Assembly: GCA_964610305.1 (NCBI GenBank)
Contig: CAZSVL010000003.1
Span: forward strand, 13,122 to 77,121
Reading direction: 5' to 3'
DNA length: 64,000 bases
Source of the DNA: an uncultured Gammaproteobacteria bacterium
GTDB taxonomy: Bacteria; Patescibacteriota; Patescibacteriia; Magasanikbacterales; JBBTXJ01
This document shows positions 28,859 through 39,900 of this stretch, piece by piece. Each line of letters opens with the position of its first letter. Positions within the stretch are counted from its first letter, which is position 1. The notes beneath the pieces are model-generated. The model made no database searches. It saw nothing but the letters and a program-made list of their open reading frames with translations, and was not told the DNA's origin. Made by a program: the position numbers and the translations under genes.

Positions 28859-30277
28859 TCAACGAGTAGAGATCAAAAGCCTAAGATCTCTATACGATAT
28901 ACCTTTTACGGCTATCATGGCAAGAGTGTAGACCGCTCCTCCGATAAAAACTAAAAGTACAACATGCAGATCGCGGATAAGCCACAGAGATCCTGCCATT
29001 AAGCCACTTGCCGCCACTGATTTAAAAAGTGGCGTGAGCGTTATTCTAGCGCGCGTTACTTTTTTAACATAAAGCCACAAAAGCGCGCCAGCAAGCAGCT
29101 CAGAGAAAACCGTCATCCACGCAGCGCCCATATAGCCATAGCGTGGAATGAAGATAAGATAGCCAACAAGCGTGATAATGGCAGTAAGAAGATAGATCCA
29201 AATAGTTTTTCTTTGGTGGTTGATGGCAACAATGGTGTGACCAAAGAGCGCTCCTAAAAATCCTCCCATAAGAGCGATAAGTAAGACTTGGACAATCGGG
29301 CCGGATGCAATAAACTCTTCTCCTGCGATGAGTTTCATAATAGGAGATGCTAAAAGTGCCCCGCCAACAAGAACAGGAATAGCTACCACAGACAGGGCAG
29401 AGAATGATCTGCTCACCAGAGATGAGAAATTTGCTTTATCGGTACTGGTCCAGCTCTTAGCAAGTAGCGGGACCATCAAGCCCATAAAGATAATGGGTAT
29501 GGCGGTGGTAACATCCATTATTCTGTATGCAGCTCCATACAGCCCCACTTCTGTTTGAGGTCTCACCAAAGATAAAATGAAAACGTCTGCTCTTAAATAG
29601 ATAAGATTAAAAGCAATGGAGATGGCAATCGGCCAGCTTTTTTTGAAAATAATTGACCAGATGTTTTTTTCAAAAGAAAATCCAAGCGGGACAATGCGAT
29701 GCGCTCTTGTCGCAAGCACTATGGTCTGGGCGATGTTTCCAATCACCACCGCAGCCATTACCGGCATAAAGCCAAAGTCTTTGTAGACCACCAAGAAAAC
29801 ACCGGCAAACAGTGCGGCTCTCTGCGCCACTTCAGCTAGGCCAATCCAGTGAGCTTTAAGATGTTTTTGAAAAATTCCCGTGAGGATTTGATTTTCTGCA
29901 ATGAGGAAAAATGCTACAGAGGTAAGGACAACTGCCCATTTAATTTCTGTGGTGTACGGAAAAAGCCAAATGAGTGCTGCGGCTAATCCGTACGCTACGG
30001 CAGCAGTGAGGGTTCTAAATCCAAGCAGGTTACGGACTATGGTTTTTTCAGAATAATCCTTAAGCTCGCCGAGCATTTGCCCGGTAACAATAACCAAACC
30101 AAAATCTATTAAAATGCCAACAATCTGCAAAAATGCCACCGCCGTAACATACCAACCAAATTGCTCTTGCCCTAAATAGCGGGTCATCATGGCAATGGTA
30201 GCAATACCCAAAAACGTCCCGACGATTTTTCCGGAGAAATGAGTAAAGGTATTGCGCACTACGCTAGCGGTTGCCAT
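28859..30277 (-). CDS. Wzx-type polysaccharide flippase
   Basis: RYLGQEQFG, YLRADVFILS, EVGLYGAAYRI. Confidence 0.9.
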   Translation of the reverse strand: MATASVVRNTFTHFSGKIVGTFLGIATIAMMTRYLGQEQFGWYVTAVAFLQIVGILIDFGLVIVTGQMLGELKDYSEKTIVRNLLGFRTLTAAVAYGLAAALIWLFPYTTEIKWAVVLTSVAFFLIAENQILTGIFQKHLKAHWIGLAEVAQRAALFAGVFLVVYKDFGFMPVMAAVVIGNIAQTIVLATRAHRIVPLGFSFEKNIWSIIFKKSWPIAISIAFNLIYLRADVFILSLVRPQTEVGLYGAAYRIMDVTTAIPIIFMGLMVPLLAKSWTSTDKANFSSLVSRSFSALSVVAIPVLVGGALLASPIMKLIAGEEFIASGPIVQVLLIALMGGFLGALFGHTIVAINHQRKTIWIYLLTAIITLVGYLIFIPRYGYMGAAWMTVFSELLAGALLWLYVKKVTRARITLTPLFKSVAASGLMAGSLWLIRDLHVVLLVFIGGAVYTLAMIAVKGISYRDLRLLISTR

Positions 30278-30413
30278 GCACAGAGCATAGCACAGAGCGC
30301 GCAAACTGAATACCTTGACAAATGGTGGTGCCTATGCTAACCTCCTAGTAACTTCAAAGAGCATCTTAAGCTTTGGCCGTGGTGGTTAGGGAATGGGATG
30401 CAAAGGAGGAGGT

Positions 30414-31949
30414 ATGGGGCTTTCCCCAGAGCAGAAAGAACAGGTCGTCAACGGCGGCCCCGGCAGATGGCAAGTTCCGGTATCGCGTTTGACGAAAGGA
30501 CTCAAGAGGCGTCTGAGTGAAGCAGAATCGGTGTACGATGTTCTGTTTGCGCCCAGCCGCGCCGTAGAAAAGGCCTGGGATCAAGCGCTTGATGTGGTTG
30601 CGGATGCAAAGAAGGAAGAGCTTGGGCTCGCGGCCGCGGGATTGCGCGGCGACCTCTTGTCGCTGCAAACGATTGATTCACAAGGAGAGCACATCAACGT
30701 GTACCTTGTTCCGGTCACGCACGTAGTTAATACCAATGCTTTGATGGCCAAATTTAATGAATACGGGCTAGACTTTTTGCCAGAAGACTCGGCAAAATAT
30801 CTTTTTGAGCAGTTGCCTGACGGTCACATGGCTCAGGGACGCCGATGGCTTGTATATTCCGGTGACCAAACGCTTACGTACATTACAAGGGATCTTGTCC
30901 AGGTACTTGCTGATGCTTATCCAGCGCATGAGATGCTTGGTAGGCCTGATTGGTATGTTCTGGGCTACCGCAATGAGGAGCGACCAGAAGTAAAGACTTC
31001 TTGGTTTGTGCCTTTTGGCGATACATTCCCGCAGCAGCTCCTAGAGATGCGTGTCGTGAGTGTGTCAGATATGCTTTATCCTGAAACAGACGATTTTCGC
31101 GACGTCGCGCTTACCAATGAGTGGACGCGCGGCGAGCGCAAGCATCTAGAAGCTTTTATTGCCCATGTTGACCTGACGGAAGACATGTTTGAGAATCCCG
31201 TGTGCGCAATGGCCGACGATGAGGTTGTGCAATACGTGAAGATGATTTCTGGAATGCCGCATTTTTTTACGCAGCAATTGGGCTCAGAGGGTTTCGTAGT
31301 TGAACGTTGGCTTCATTACCGTATTGTTGATCGTCCCGCGCTGTACCCCATTTGGGTTGATGGCAGGCAGCTGGAAGTGGGTGTTTTTGAAAGAGAACGC
31401 ATTGTGCCACCGGCTGTGGATGGCTACACCTACACACCCGCAACGCATGAGCATATTGCTGCTTTCTATGCTCAGCATTTGAGTCTTGTGAAGACGCATC
31501 TTAACTTCTTGATGTGCGGGGCCGCTGATTTGGATGCCGGGCGAGCTAATGGCGTGCTGGCTGTTGGCACTGCTTTTGCTGGTGGAGAGGAGACAGCAAG
31601 GCTGTTTGTAGCTGAATCCGGCTTTGATATCGATAGAATTGGTTTGGTTTTGTATGTGGTTGGGGAAAAGACAGAACCAGATGAGGAGGCAGTACAGGAG
31701 CAGGCCGTTGAAGAATCTGAGGCTAGCTGGGTGGTCAAAGCACCTCTGTGCAAAAAGTGCGGAGCATCCTTTTTGGAGCTAACGGCACTTATGACAGCAC
31801 AACACAACTTTAAGGCAATTGAGTGCTTAGATTGTCTGGATATTGCTCACGACGTCCAAAAGATCGTTAGAGCTGGGCAAGCAAAAGGTGCTTCTTGGGC
31901 TATCCCTGATGGCGGCATGAGTAGTAATCAGGAGAAACGCAAAGGTTAG
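30414..31949 (+). CDS. Hypothetical protein with C-terminal CxxC...CxxC
   Basis: AGGAGG SD, own TTGACA promoter, long ORF. Confidence 0.7.
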   Translation: MGLSPEQKEQVVNGGPGRWQVPVSRLTKGLKRRLSEAESVYDVLFAPSRAVEKAWDQALDVVADAKKEELGLAAAGLRGDLLSLQTIDSQGEHINVYLVPVTHVVNTNALMAKFNEYGLDFLPEDSAKYLFEQLPDGHMAQGRRWLVYSGDQTLTYITRDLVQVLADAYPAHEMLGRPDWYVLGYRNEERPEVKTSWFVPFGDTFPQQLLEMRVVSVSDMLYPETDDFRDVALTNEWTRGERKHLEAFIAHVDLTEDMFENPVCAMADDEVVQYVKMISGMPHFFTQQLGSEGFVVERWLHYRIVDRPALYPIWVDGRQLEVGVFERERIVPPAVDGYTYTPATHEHIAAFYAQHLSLVKTHLNFLMCGAADLDAGRANGVLAVGTAFAGGEETARLFVAESGFDIDRIGLVLYVVGEKTEPDEEAVQEQAVEESEASWVVKAPLCKKCGASFLELTALMTAQHNFKAIECLDCLDIAHDVQKIVRAGQAKGASWAIPDGGMSSNQEKRKG

Positions 31950-32104
31950 AACAATAGAGAGTGCACTGACCGCTTAACCAGGCGTAATAATTTATAGATT
32001 CTGTGCAGGAGAAATCCTGCTTTTTTATTTTTTACATTTTAGAAAGATGGTATAATGCGGCTAGCTAGGCTTACCTGGCGGTTTAAGATACGGCGCAGAG
32101 TTAT

Positions 32105-34222
32105 ATGAGAATGGAGAGGCACAATGCATCGGCTTTGCGAGAGCAGCGACAAGCGGCTCGTAGCAAACGGCGCAAGCACGTAGGATTTTTCTCTAGTATT
32201 TTTATTTCTGGCATTTTGGTGGTGGTAAGCGCTAGCCTTTTGCGCATTGGGGTAGACGGAAGCGTTCCTGAGCTGCCTAGCTCTCATCTGGATCACGTGG
32301 TACAAAACGATGGGCCCCGCTATGACCTTTCTAAATTTAAGCTAGAGATGGCTAATTTAGCAAAGTCAATTTTTGGCGTAGAAGATGTCCATGCCGCAGG
32401 ATACGCGGCAAGAGTTATAGCTCAGCCAGCTCCATTGTCTCTAAAGCCAGGCGAGAAAAGTGAGATTGTTGTAAAGCTTGAGAACACCGGCTCTCTGAGA
32501 TGGCGCACGCCCGCAACAGGATCACGTTATGCCAGCCTTTATACTTACGCGCCAAAATATCACCTGAGTAGGCTAGAGGATAAAAGATGGCACAGAAGAG
32601 ATCAGCCTGGAGTTTTGCAGGCGCAGACAGAGGTGGGAGAGACAGGGATCATAAAAATTCCGATCACTGCTCCGCTTGAGCCGGGTGTATACAAGGATAC
32701 TTTTCAGATGGCCATAGAGGACACGGCTTGGGTGAGTGGTGGAGGTGTTAAAGTGGTAGTGAACGTAGAAGATGTGCCGGTGGATATTGTTGTTCCTAAA
32801 GTAGTGTCATTGCGATCGCCGCAGAGCGAGAAGCAATCCCGTCATAAGGAGGACCAGTTGCAAAGCGACGAGATCGCCACACCTCTTTCAGAGGTTCGCG
32901 ATGACGAAGCTATAGATGACGTGGTCCATAAAGCCTTACTGTTGGTGCGCTCGCACAAACGAATCCGCAAACCAGGCGGAACGGATGTGCTCATGCGATT
33001 TGGTTTTAAAAACACCGGAGAGAGCTCGTGGTTTGAGCGAGGCCTCAAGACCGGGCAGGTGGCCATAGCCGCACAAAAAAAAGATGGCAGTTTTGCTCAC
33101 CAAAGTTGGCTTTCAAAAAATGATGTGGTGAAATTAGCCGCCGGCACCGTGGCGCCCGGAGACACAGAATTTTTTACGTTTTCCGTAAAAACGCCGGCCA
33201 CCAAAGGTGAATATGATATGAACTTGCATTTGGTGGTTGACGGCAGGCCGGTAGAAGGTGGCATCATTAGCCTGCCCGTTTTTGTAACCAGCAACGCAAA
33301 GAGCAGTAGTCAGCCTGTTTCTTTTGAAGGAGAAGTTGAGCTCTTAGATGAGCCGATTATCAGAGTGGGACTTTTTAAAACAGAAGAGCCCGTGGAGTTT
33401 GTATCTTCTTACGAGTATGTGGTTAAAGATGTTAATGGAAAAGCGCTGCATATTATCCCAAAGAATACACAATCAGTTATACATTATAAAAACGGTTCGT
33501 ACATTTTTTACTCAAAAGGAAAGACGCTTAAAGGATCGCATCACTACCGGCTGGAGCCAAAAAACGCCGGCGTCGATCCCTACTTTACTATAAGTAATCA
33601 TGAGGAGCGTCCTAAGTGGAATCCCGGCCTTAATTACAATATTTTCAGGGGTACATTTGAGCTGCGCTACTCAGAAAAGAATGAAAAGGTGTGGGTCATA
33701 AATGAGCTTTCTATGGAGCCGTATTTGTGGGGGCTAGCTGAGGTAAGCAATAATACACCAGAGGAATTTCAAAAGGCAATGGCCGTGGCAGAGAGAACAT
33801 ATGCATATGTGCAGCTACGGGCGGGGACAAAACATGCGGACAGGAATTTTCATGTAAGCGCTTCTCAAGGGGATCAAGTATACAGAGGAAAAAATAGAGA
33901 GCCAAGCTTTCCTAACGTGGTAGATGCGGTAAAAGAAACACTTGGGCAGATGGTGACCTATAATAATGACGCAGTAGTGACGCCATATTTTGCTCGCTCA
34001 AACGGAAAGACAAAATCATACAAAAGTGTATGGGGAGGAGCTGAAAAACCGTGGCTTGTGCCCGTAAAAACGGGGTATGATAGCGGGAAGAGCAAATGGG
34101 GACATGGCGTGGGTATGAGTCAGCGCGATGCTACTCATAGGGCAGATAAAGAAGATATAGAATATAAGGAATTGCTTGCTTACTACTACACAGACACAAA
34201 GGTCAGAAAAGTATATAAATAG
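32105..34222 (+). CDS. SpoIID/LytB domain protein with Ig-like repeats
   Basis: INELSMEPYLWGLAE, KAMAVAERTYA, GHGVGMSQ; two Ig-like modules. Confidence 0.88.
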   Translation: MRMERHNASALREQRQAARSKRRKHVGFFSSIFISGILVVVSASLLRIGVDGSVPELPSSHLDHVVQNDGPRYDLSKFKLEMANLAKSIFGVEDVHAAGYAARVIAQPAPLSLKPGEKSEIVVKLENTGSLRWRTPATGSRYASLYTYAPKYHLSRLEDKRWHRRDQPGVLQAQTEVGETGIIKIPITAPLEPGVYKDTFQMAIEDTAWVSGGGVKVVVNVEDVPVDIVVPKVVSLRSPQSEKQSRHKEDQLQSDEIATPLSEVRDDEAIDDVVHKALLLVRSHKRIRKPGGTDVLMRFGFKNTGESSWFERGLKTGQVAIAAQKKDGSFAHQSWLSKNDVVKLAAGTVAPGDTEFFTFSVKTPATKGEYDMNLHLVVDGRPVEGGIISLPVFVTSNAKSSSQPVSFEGEVELLDEPIIRVGLFKTEEPVEFVSSYEYVVKDVNGKALHIIPKNTQSVIHYKNGSYIFYSKGKTLKGSHHYRLEPKNAGVDPYFTISNHEERPKWNPGLNYNIFRGTFELRYSEKNEKVWVINELSMEPYLWGLAEVSNNTPEEFQKAMAVAERTYAYVQLRAGTKHADRNFHVSASQGDQVYRGKNREPSFPNVVDAVKETLGQMVTYNNDAVVTPYFARSNGKTKSYKSVWGGAEKPWLVPVKTGYDSGKSKWGHGVGMSQRDATHRADKEDIEYKELLAYYYTDTKVRKVYK
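32806..32905. repeat. GTCAT...ATGAC palindrome inside SpoIID CDS linker
   Basis: gtcattgcgatcgccgcagagcgagaagcaatccc...ttcgcgatgac. Confidence 0.8.
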
Positions 34223-34269
34223 CAAAAAAAGGGCTTAATTGAGCCCTTTTTTAATAGGCGTGAGAGCAC

Positions 34270-34298
34270 TTGACAAATTCAGCCGTATATGTTATAGT
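34270..34298 (+). promoter_or_regulatory. Sigma70 promoter TTGACA-N17-TATAGT
   Basis: Near-consensus -35/-10 with extended TG. Confidence 0.8.
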
Positions 34299-34304
34299 TA
34301 CAGT

Positions 34305-34688
34305 CCTGTTCTTTGCAGTGTGTGCGTAGAGGTTGGTGTTCGGTAAAGAGCAATAGGTGAGCGGTTCGGCTATGGGATGGTCGTGAGCATGCATGTGCTC
34401 TTGGTGGACCACATAAAGGTCCGAGAAATCTAACCTAGGCAGGACCAGTGACCATATCTTTTTTAGCAAAAGGCACGGGACCCCCCTAGGCGAAAAGCCG
34501 CGCAGAATCAGCAGAGACTGCGCAGTTTAGAGCCCATAGTTTACATAGAGAACACGCTTATTGCAACCACGTTAGCTAGCGCCCTAGGCGTAGTGGAGAA
34601 TTCAGCTGGAGTCAGCTAAAGCAATCGCACCACAAGTCAGGTTTCCCGGTAACGCTGTCACCCGTGGCAGCGTTACCGGGATTTTTTT
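34305..34688 (+). ncRNA. Unassigned large structured ncRNA
   Basis: Promoter-to-terminator unit without a sense ORF; nested long-range helices and hairpins. Confidence 0.65.
34644..34688 (+). terminator. Intrinsic terminator
   Basis: cccggtaacgctgtca/tggcagcgttaccggg stem followed by T-tract. Confidence 0.85.
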
Positions 34689-34714
34689 GTACTTAAAAAT
34701 CCGCTATGCGGATT

Positions 34715-35239
34715 TTATTTATCAGGATCGTACGGATCGTGACCGACCCATTTTAGTAGCTCTGTTCTCACCTTATGAGGCTGGGGTATATCCTTAAAGC
34801 TAAACTTGCTCTCTGCTCCTGCCGATTGGATCTCAACGTCTCCATAGTTAAAAAAAGTGGAAAATACGCCCTGCAAATTAGAGCTGGCGTCTTGCACGCG
34901 GTCTAAATCTAGCTCTGAAACAGTGCGTTTAAACAGTCCCTGTTGTTGTATATCTATAACGCGCTCGTTGGTGACTACCCATACATCAAGGTAATAATCT
35001 ACAAATTGAGTGAGAAACAAAGCAAGAACAAATAGGGTGTAGAGACTACCCATCATGACAATGGCAGGCCCCCAGAAAAGATCCTGCATTCCTCCCGGGA
35101 AGAGTATGGGGAAAATAAACGGTATGGTTAGTAGCAGTGCGATCAAGAGAATTTTTGGGACAAAAGTAAGAGGATGTCTTCTTACCACGAGCACAATCTT
35201 TTCCGCAGTTTTTTTATGAATTGTTTCTGCAAGATGCAT
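34715..35239 (-). CDS. Bacterial PH domain membrane protein
   Basis: VVTNERVIDIQQQGLF...FNYGDVEIQSAG. Confidence 0.88.
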   Translation of the reverse strand: MHLAETIHKKTAEKIVLVVRRHPLTFVPKILLIALLLTIPFIFPILFPGGMQDLFWGPAIVMMGSLYTLFVLALFLTQFVDYYLDVWVVTNERVIDIQQQGLFKRTVSELDLDRVQDASSNLQGVFSTFFNYGDVEIQSAGAESKFSFKDIPQPHKVRTELLKWVGHDPYDPDK

Positions 35240-35241
35240 AG

Positions 35242-35493
35242 CTAAAATGCGCTTTGGCCTACCGTGTTGCCAAAAATATAGAGTATTTGACTGGTGTCGG
35301 TGCCAGCTAAATAAATACCTGTAAAGGCAATGACAATCACCATTAAAATAATCAGGCATGCGGAGACCGCAAAGCTCAACAGATCAATGGCTCCGGTTGC
35401 TGCAATATGATACACGTTGATACCGGCCATGATGAGTATAAAAAGAACACCAAAAGCGTAGAGACCAACAAAAAGTGAAAGCGGTATTCCCAT
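35242..35493 (-). CDS. Small membrane protein
   Basis: 83-aa hydrophobic ORF in operon with ruvB. Confidence 0.7.
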   Translation of the reverse strand: MGIPLSLFVGLYAFGVLFILIMAGINVYHIAATGAIDLLSFAVSACLIILMVIVIAFTGIYLAGTDTSQILYIFGNTVGQSAF

Positions 35494-35495
35494 AC

Positions 35496-36515
35496 TTATA
35501 CTAGTGTAGCATTTGTAGCCGGTGGCGGGAAGCCTAGGTGCTGGTAAGCTCTTGTGGTGGCGCAGCGTCCGCGCGGTGTGCGCTCTAGAAATCCTATTTG
35601 AAGCAAGAACGGCTCATATACTTCTTCTATGGTTGCTACTTCTTCTGCTGTGGCTGCGGCCAGAGTGGAAAGTCCTACGGGACCTCCATCAAATTTTTCT
35701 ATGAGAGTATTAAGCAGGCGTCTATCTGCATGTTCTAGGCCAACCGTATCTACGGCAAGTCTGTCTAGTGCGCCTGTTGCGCAATTATGGTCTATCGTCC
35801 CGTTGCCCTCCACTTGGGCAAAGTCTCTCACGCGCCGCAGCAGTCTGTTGGCAACACGCGGTGTTCTTCTGGCTCTGGAGGAAATAGTGTTGGCAGCCTC
35901 GGGAAGAATACTCACTCCTAAAATCCGTGCGCTTCTTTGCAGTATGGTTTCTATCTCATCGTTTTCATAAAATTGAAGATGAAATATGTGGCCAAATCTG
36001 TCTCGCAATGGACCAGAGATAGAAGAGATTTTTGTGGTGGCTCCGATGAGGGTAAAGCGCGCAAGCGGCATGCGCAGAACGCGGGCGGCCGGGCCTTTTC
36101 CTAATACAATATCCAGCGCGTAGTCTTCCATGGCGGGGTAAAGCGCTTCTTCTATGGTTCTTGAGAGCCTGTGAATTTCATCTATAAAAAGGACATCGCC
36201 ATGCTGCAAGTTAGAGAGAATGGCTGCCAGATCACCAACACGCTCAAGCGATGGGCCAGAGGTGGTAATAAGCGAGCCTCCCATTTCTTTTGCAATGATG
36301 TTAGCTAGAGTTGTTTTACCCAGTCCTGGGTTTCCGTAGAGGAGCACGTGCTCTAGCGCCTCACCGCGAGCTGCCGCCGCCTTCAAAAAAATATCAAGAT
36401 TGTCGGTGGCTTGCTTTTGCCCCACAAAATCCGCAAGCGTCTGCGGTCTTAGGCCAACTTCAAAAAGTTGCTCGTCCTCTGTTTCTTGAGATTGTGTTAC
36501 GCGCTGCTCATCCAT
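35496..36515 (-). CDS. ruvB: Holliday junction helicase RuvB
   Basis: [23 protein letters not shown]. Confidence 0.98.
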   Translation of the reverse strand: MDEQRVTQSQETEDEQLFEVGLRPQTLADFVGQKQATDNLDIFLKAAAARGEALEHVLLYGNPGLGKTTLANIIAKEMGGSLITTSGPSLERVGDLAAILSNLQHGDVLFIDEIHRLSRTIEEALYPAMEDYALDIVLGKGPAARVLRMPLARFTLIGATTKISSISGPLRDRFGHIFHLQFYENDEIETILQRSARILGVSILPEAANTISSRARRTPRVANRLLRRVRDFAQVEGNGTIDHNCATGALDRLAVDTVGLEHADRRLLNTLIEKFDGGPVGLSTLAAATAEEVATIEEVYEPFLLQIGFLERTPRGRCATTRAYQHLGFPPPATNATLV

Positions 36516-36811
36516 GGCTCAATAGTACCGCAACTCTTGACAAAAGGCCATAAGATTGCTATGGTTGTGATGCCCAGGAAGAATCCGCTCGTAGGACAGA
36601 TGCCGTGGGTGCGCTAAGATACCGAAGCTTTAAAGAGGGGGGAATTAGCGCATGGATCAAACAAAGAAGCTTGTTGTTGTAAGAGACTTCTTCTGGTTTG
36701 ATCCTTTTTTTATTGTGGATAAAAAATGAAAAACAGGTAAACAAAACCAAATGTGTAGATTCTTGTGAGGCCTGTTTTGCTGTGCTATACTAAAGAGCGT
36801 CACTTTAGTGT

Positions 36812-36859
36812 ATACTATATATTGTGGTCAAAGTGAGATTACAACACTATATATAGTGT
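36812..36859 (+). promoter_or_regulatory. Tandem NrdR boxes
   Basis: atactatatattgtgg (36812) and acactatatatagtgt (36844), 32 bp apart, upstream of nrdJ. Confidence 0.85.
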
Positions 36860-36923
36860 TGGCGATAGAGACGAGCGCGGAGGCAACGCGGCTGCGCTCA
36901 TCTTTGTCACTAACAATCTGCTT

Positions 36924-39900
36924 ATGGGTCCCACTCATCTTCAGGCCACTAGCTCTGGCGCGTCTTCTTTGCAGCCGCAACTAAAAGCGCCACAGTTTGA
37001 GAAAACACAGGCGCAATACAATCCAAAAGGATTGCGTTTTGAGCGTAGATTTACTAAAGAGGGCGTATCAGTGTATGACTTAATAAAATACACCAAAGGC
37101 TCTTCTGTAATACGCGAGCCAGACGGTACGGTGGTTTTTGAGATGAGGGATATAACGGTGCCAGAGAGCTGGTCTCAGGTGGCGGTAGATATTTTGGCTC
37201 AGAAGTATTTTAGAAAAACAGGCGTACCGCAGTATGATGAACAGGAAAATCTTATTTTTGATAAAGACGGGTCTCCCGTGCTTGGACCCGAGCGCAGCGT
37301 AAAACAAATTGTGCATAGGCTTGCAGGTTGCTGGACGGATTGGGGAAAGCGATATGGGTATTTTGCATCAGAGAAAGATGCAGATATTTATTATGATGAA
37401 ATGACGTACATGTTGCTTACACAGCGTGCCGCGCCAAATTCCCCCCAGTGGTTTAACACGGGACTTTACTGGGCATACGGTATTGGTGGGCCAGCGCAGG
37501 GGCACTGGATAGCAAACAATGAAACCGGAGAGCTCTCTTTAGCTAAAAACGCTTATGAGCATCCACAGCCGCACGCATGCTTTATTCAATCCGTAGACGA
37601 TGACTTGGTAAATGAGGGTGGCATAATGGATTTGTGGGTCCGCGAAGCCAGACTCTTTAAGTATGGCTCAGGAACCGGCACCAATTTTTCTTCTTTGCGT
37701 GGCGCAGGAGAGAAACTCTCTGGCGGTGGGAAGAGCTCTGGCGTTCAGGGTTGGCTTTTGATTGGAGATAGGGCAGCGGGAGCTATAAAAAGCGGTGGAA
37801 CCACGCGGCGCGCAGCAAAGATGGTAATTCTAGACGCTGATCATCCAGAAATTGAATGGTTTGTTAATTGGAAAGTTGAAGAAGAAAGAAAGGTGGCGGC
37901 TTTGGTAGCTGCCGGCTATTCATCTGATTATGAAGGAGAGGCGTATCAGACCGTATCGGGACAAAACTCAAATAATTCAGTGCGTATTCCTAATAAATTT
38001 ATGGAGTCAGTGCTCAGTGATGGTAATTGGGAGCTCAAAGGACGCGTTGATGAAGGAGTAAACAGAAGCATTAAAGCGCGAGATCTGTGGGATCAAGTAG
38101 CCTACGCTGCGTGGCGTTGCGCTGATCCGGGTATTCAGTTTGATACCACCATTAACGAGTGGAATACGTGCCCACAGTCAGGAAAAATTAGAGGAACCAA
38201 TCCTTGCTCAGAATATGTCTTTTTGGATGATACTGCCTGTAACTTAGCCAGTATTAACTTGGCACATTTTTATGACGCACAAACCAAGCAATTTGATGTA
38301 GAAGGGTTTAGGCACGCGGCGCGTCTTTGGACAACAACATTAGAGATTGCGGTTCTTATGAGCGCTCTTCCTAGCAAAAAGTTAGCAGAGGGGACGTACA
38401 ACTTTAGAACGCTGGGTCTAGGTTACGCCAACATTGGATCAGTTCTTATGACGGGCGGTATTCCTTATGATAGTCCAGAGGCACTTGCCTTTACGGGGGC
38501 GGTAACGGCAACGCTTACAGGAGAGGCATACAGAACAAGCGCAGAGATGGCAGGATTTTTGGGAACATTTAAGAAATACGAGGATAATAAAGAAGACATG
38601 TTGCGCGTGATGAGAAATCACAAGCGCGCTGCGTATAACGCTGCATCAGAAGAATATGAGGGTCTTACTATAACGCCAACGGGAATTGATCCTGCCCACT
38701 GTCCAGACTATTTGCTTAAGAGCGCACGCGGTGTTTGGGATCAAGCCGTAACACTGGGCGAAAAGAATGGCTACCGCAATGCTCAAACTACGGTAATTGC
38801 GCCTACAGGCACCATAGGACTTTTGATGGATTGCGCTACCACCGGCGTAGAACCAGATTTTGCACTGGTTAAATTTAAGAAGCTAGCAGGCGGAGGATAC
38901 TTTAAGATCGTAAATGAGGCGGTGCCAAAAGCACTTACCACACTTGGCTATACTAAAGATCAAAAAGAAGAAATAATTGCCTACATGCGCGGTCACGGAA
39001 CGCTAAAAGGCGCTCCGCAGATTAATCCAGAGACGCTTAAAGAAAAAGGTTTTACCGATGAGGATCTGCAAAAGATTGAAGAGCAGCTCAAGAGCGTGTT
39101 TGATTTAAAGTTTGCGTTTAACGGATGGATTTTGGGAGAAGAGGCGCTTGCACGGCTGGGCATCTCAGAAAAGCAGGCTCAGGATCTTAATTTCAACATG
39201 CTGAGCGCTCTTGGTTTTTCTCAGGAGCAAATGCAAGAGGCAAATGAGTATGTGTGCGGCACCATGACCATAGAGGGTGCGCCACATCTTAAAGAAGAGC
39301 ACTACGCGGTGTTTGATTGTGCCAACCGGTGCGGCAATAAAGGAACCAGATTTATTCCTGCCATGGCGCACGTGAGAACCCTGGCCGCAGCTCAGCCATT
39401 TGTTTCTGGCTCGCTTTCAAAAACCATAAACATGCCCAATGAGGCAACTATAGAAGAAGTTAAAGAAGTGTATCTAGAGAGTTGGAGGCTGGATCTTAAG
39501 TGCATCGCGCTTTACAGAGACGGGTGTAAACTCTCTCAGCCGCTTTCTACTAAATCTGACAACAATACTAAAGAGGAAGCGGAGGGAATCGTAGATGAAG
39601 GAGAGAAAATGTTGAGCGCCGCCACTGCTGTGGCAGAGGATATAGCGCATCAAACGGTGCAGCCTACGCTTTTGGGCGGTGAGTACACGCAAGAGGTACA
39701 TGAAAAGCACGTGCTTGATGAGTTTGATAATGCCGGAGAGCTAAAAGGAAAACGCATTTATATTCACGGCGAGAGGCGCAAGCTTCCTGCAAAGAGATCT
39801 GGTATTACGGTAGAGGCAACGGTGGGAGGTCAGAAGATATTCTTGCGCACGGGCGAGTACCCAGATGGAACCGTAGGAGAGGTCTTCATTGATATGTTTA

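Noticed and set aside
34305-34640. RNase P RNA or group II intron assignment for the orphan RNA
   Set aside because: No GAGGAAAGUCC/P4 signature and no domain V; the GTGCG near the 5' end is insufficient alone
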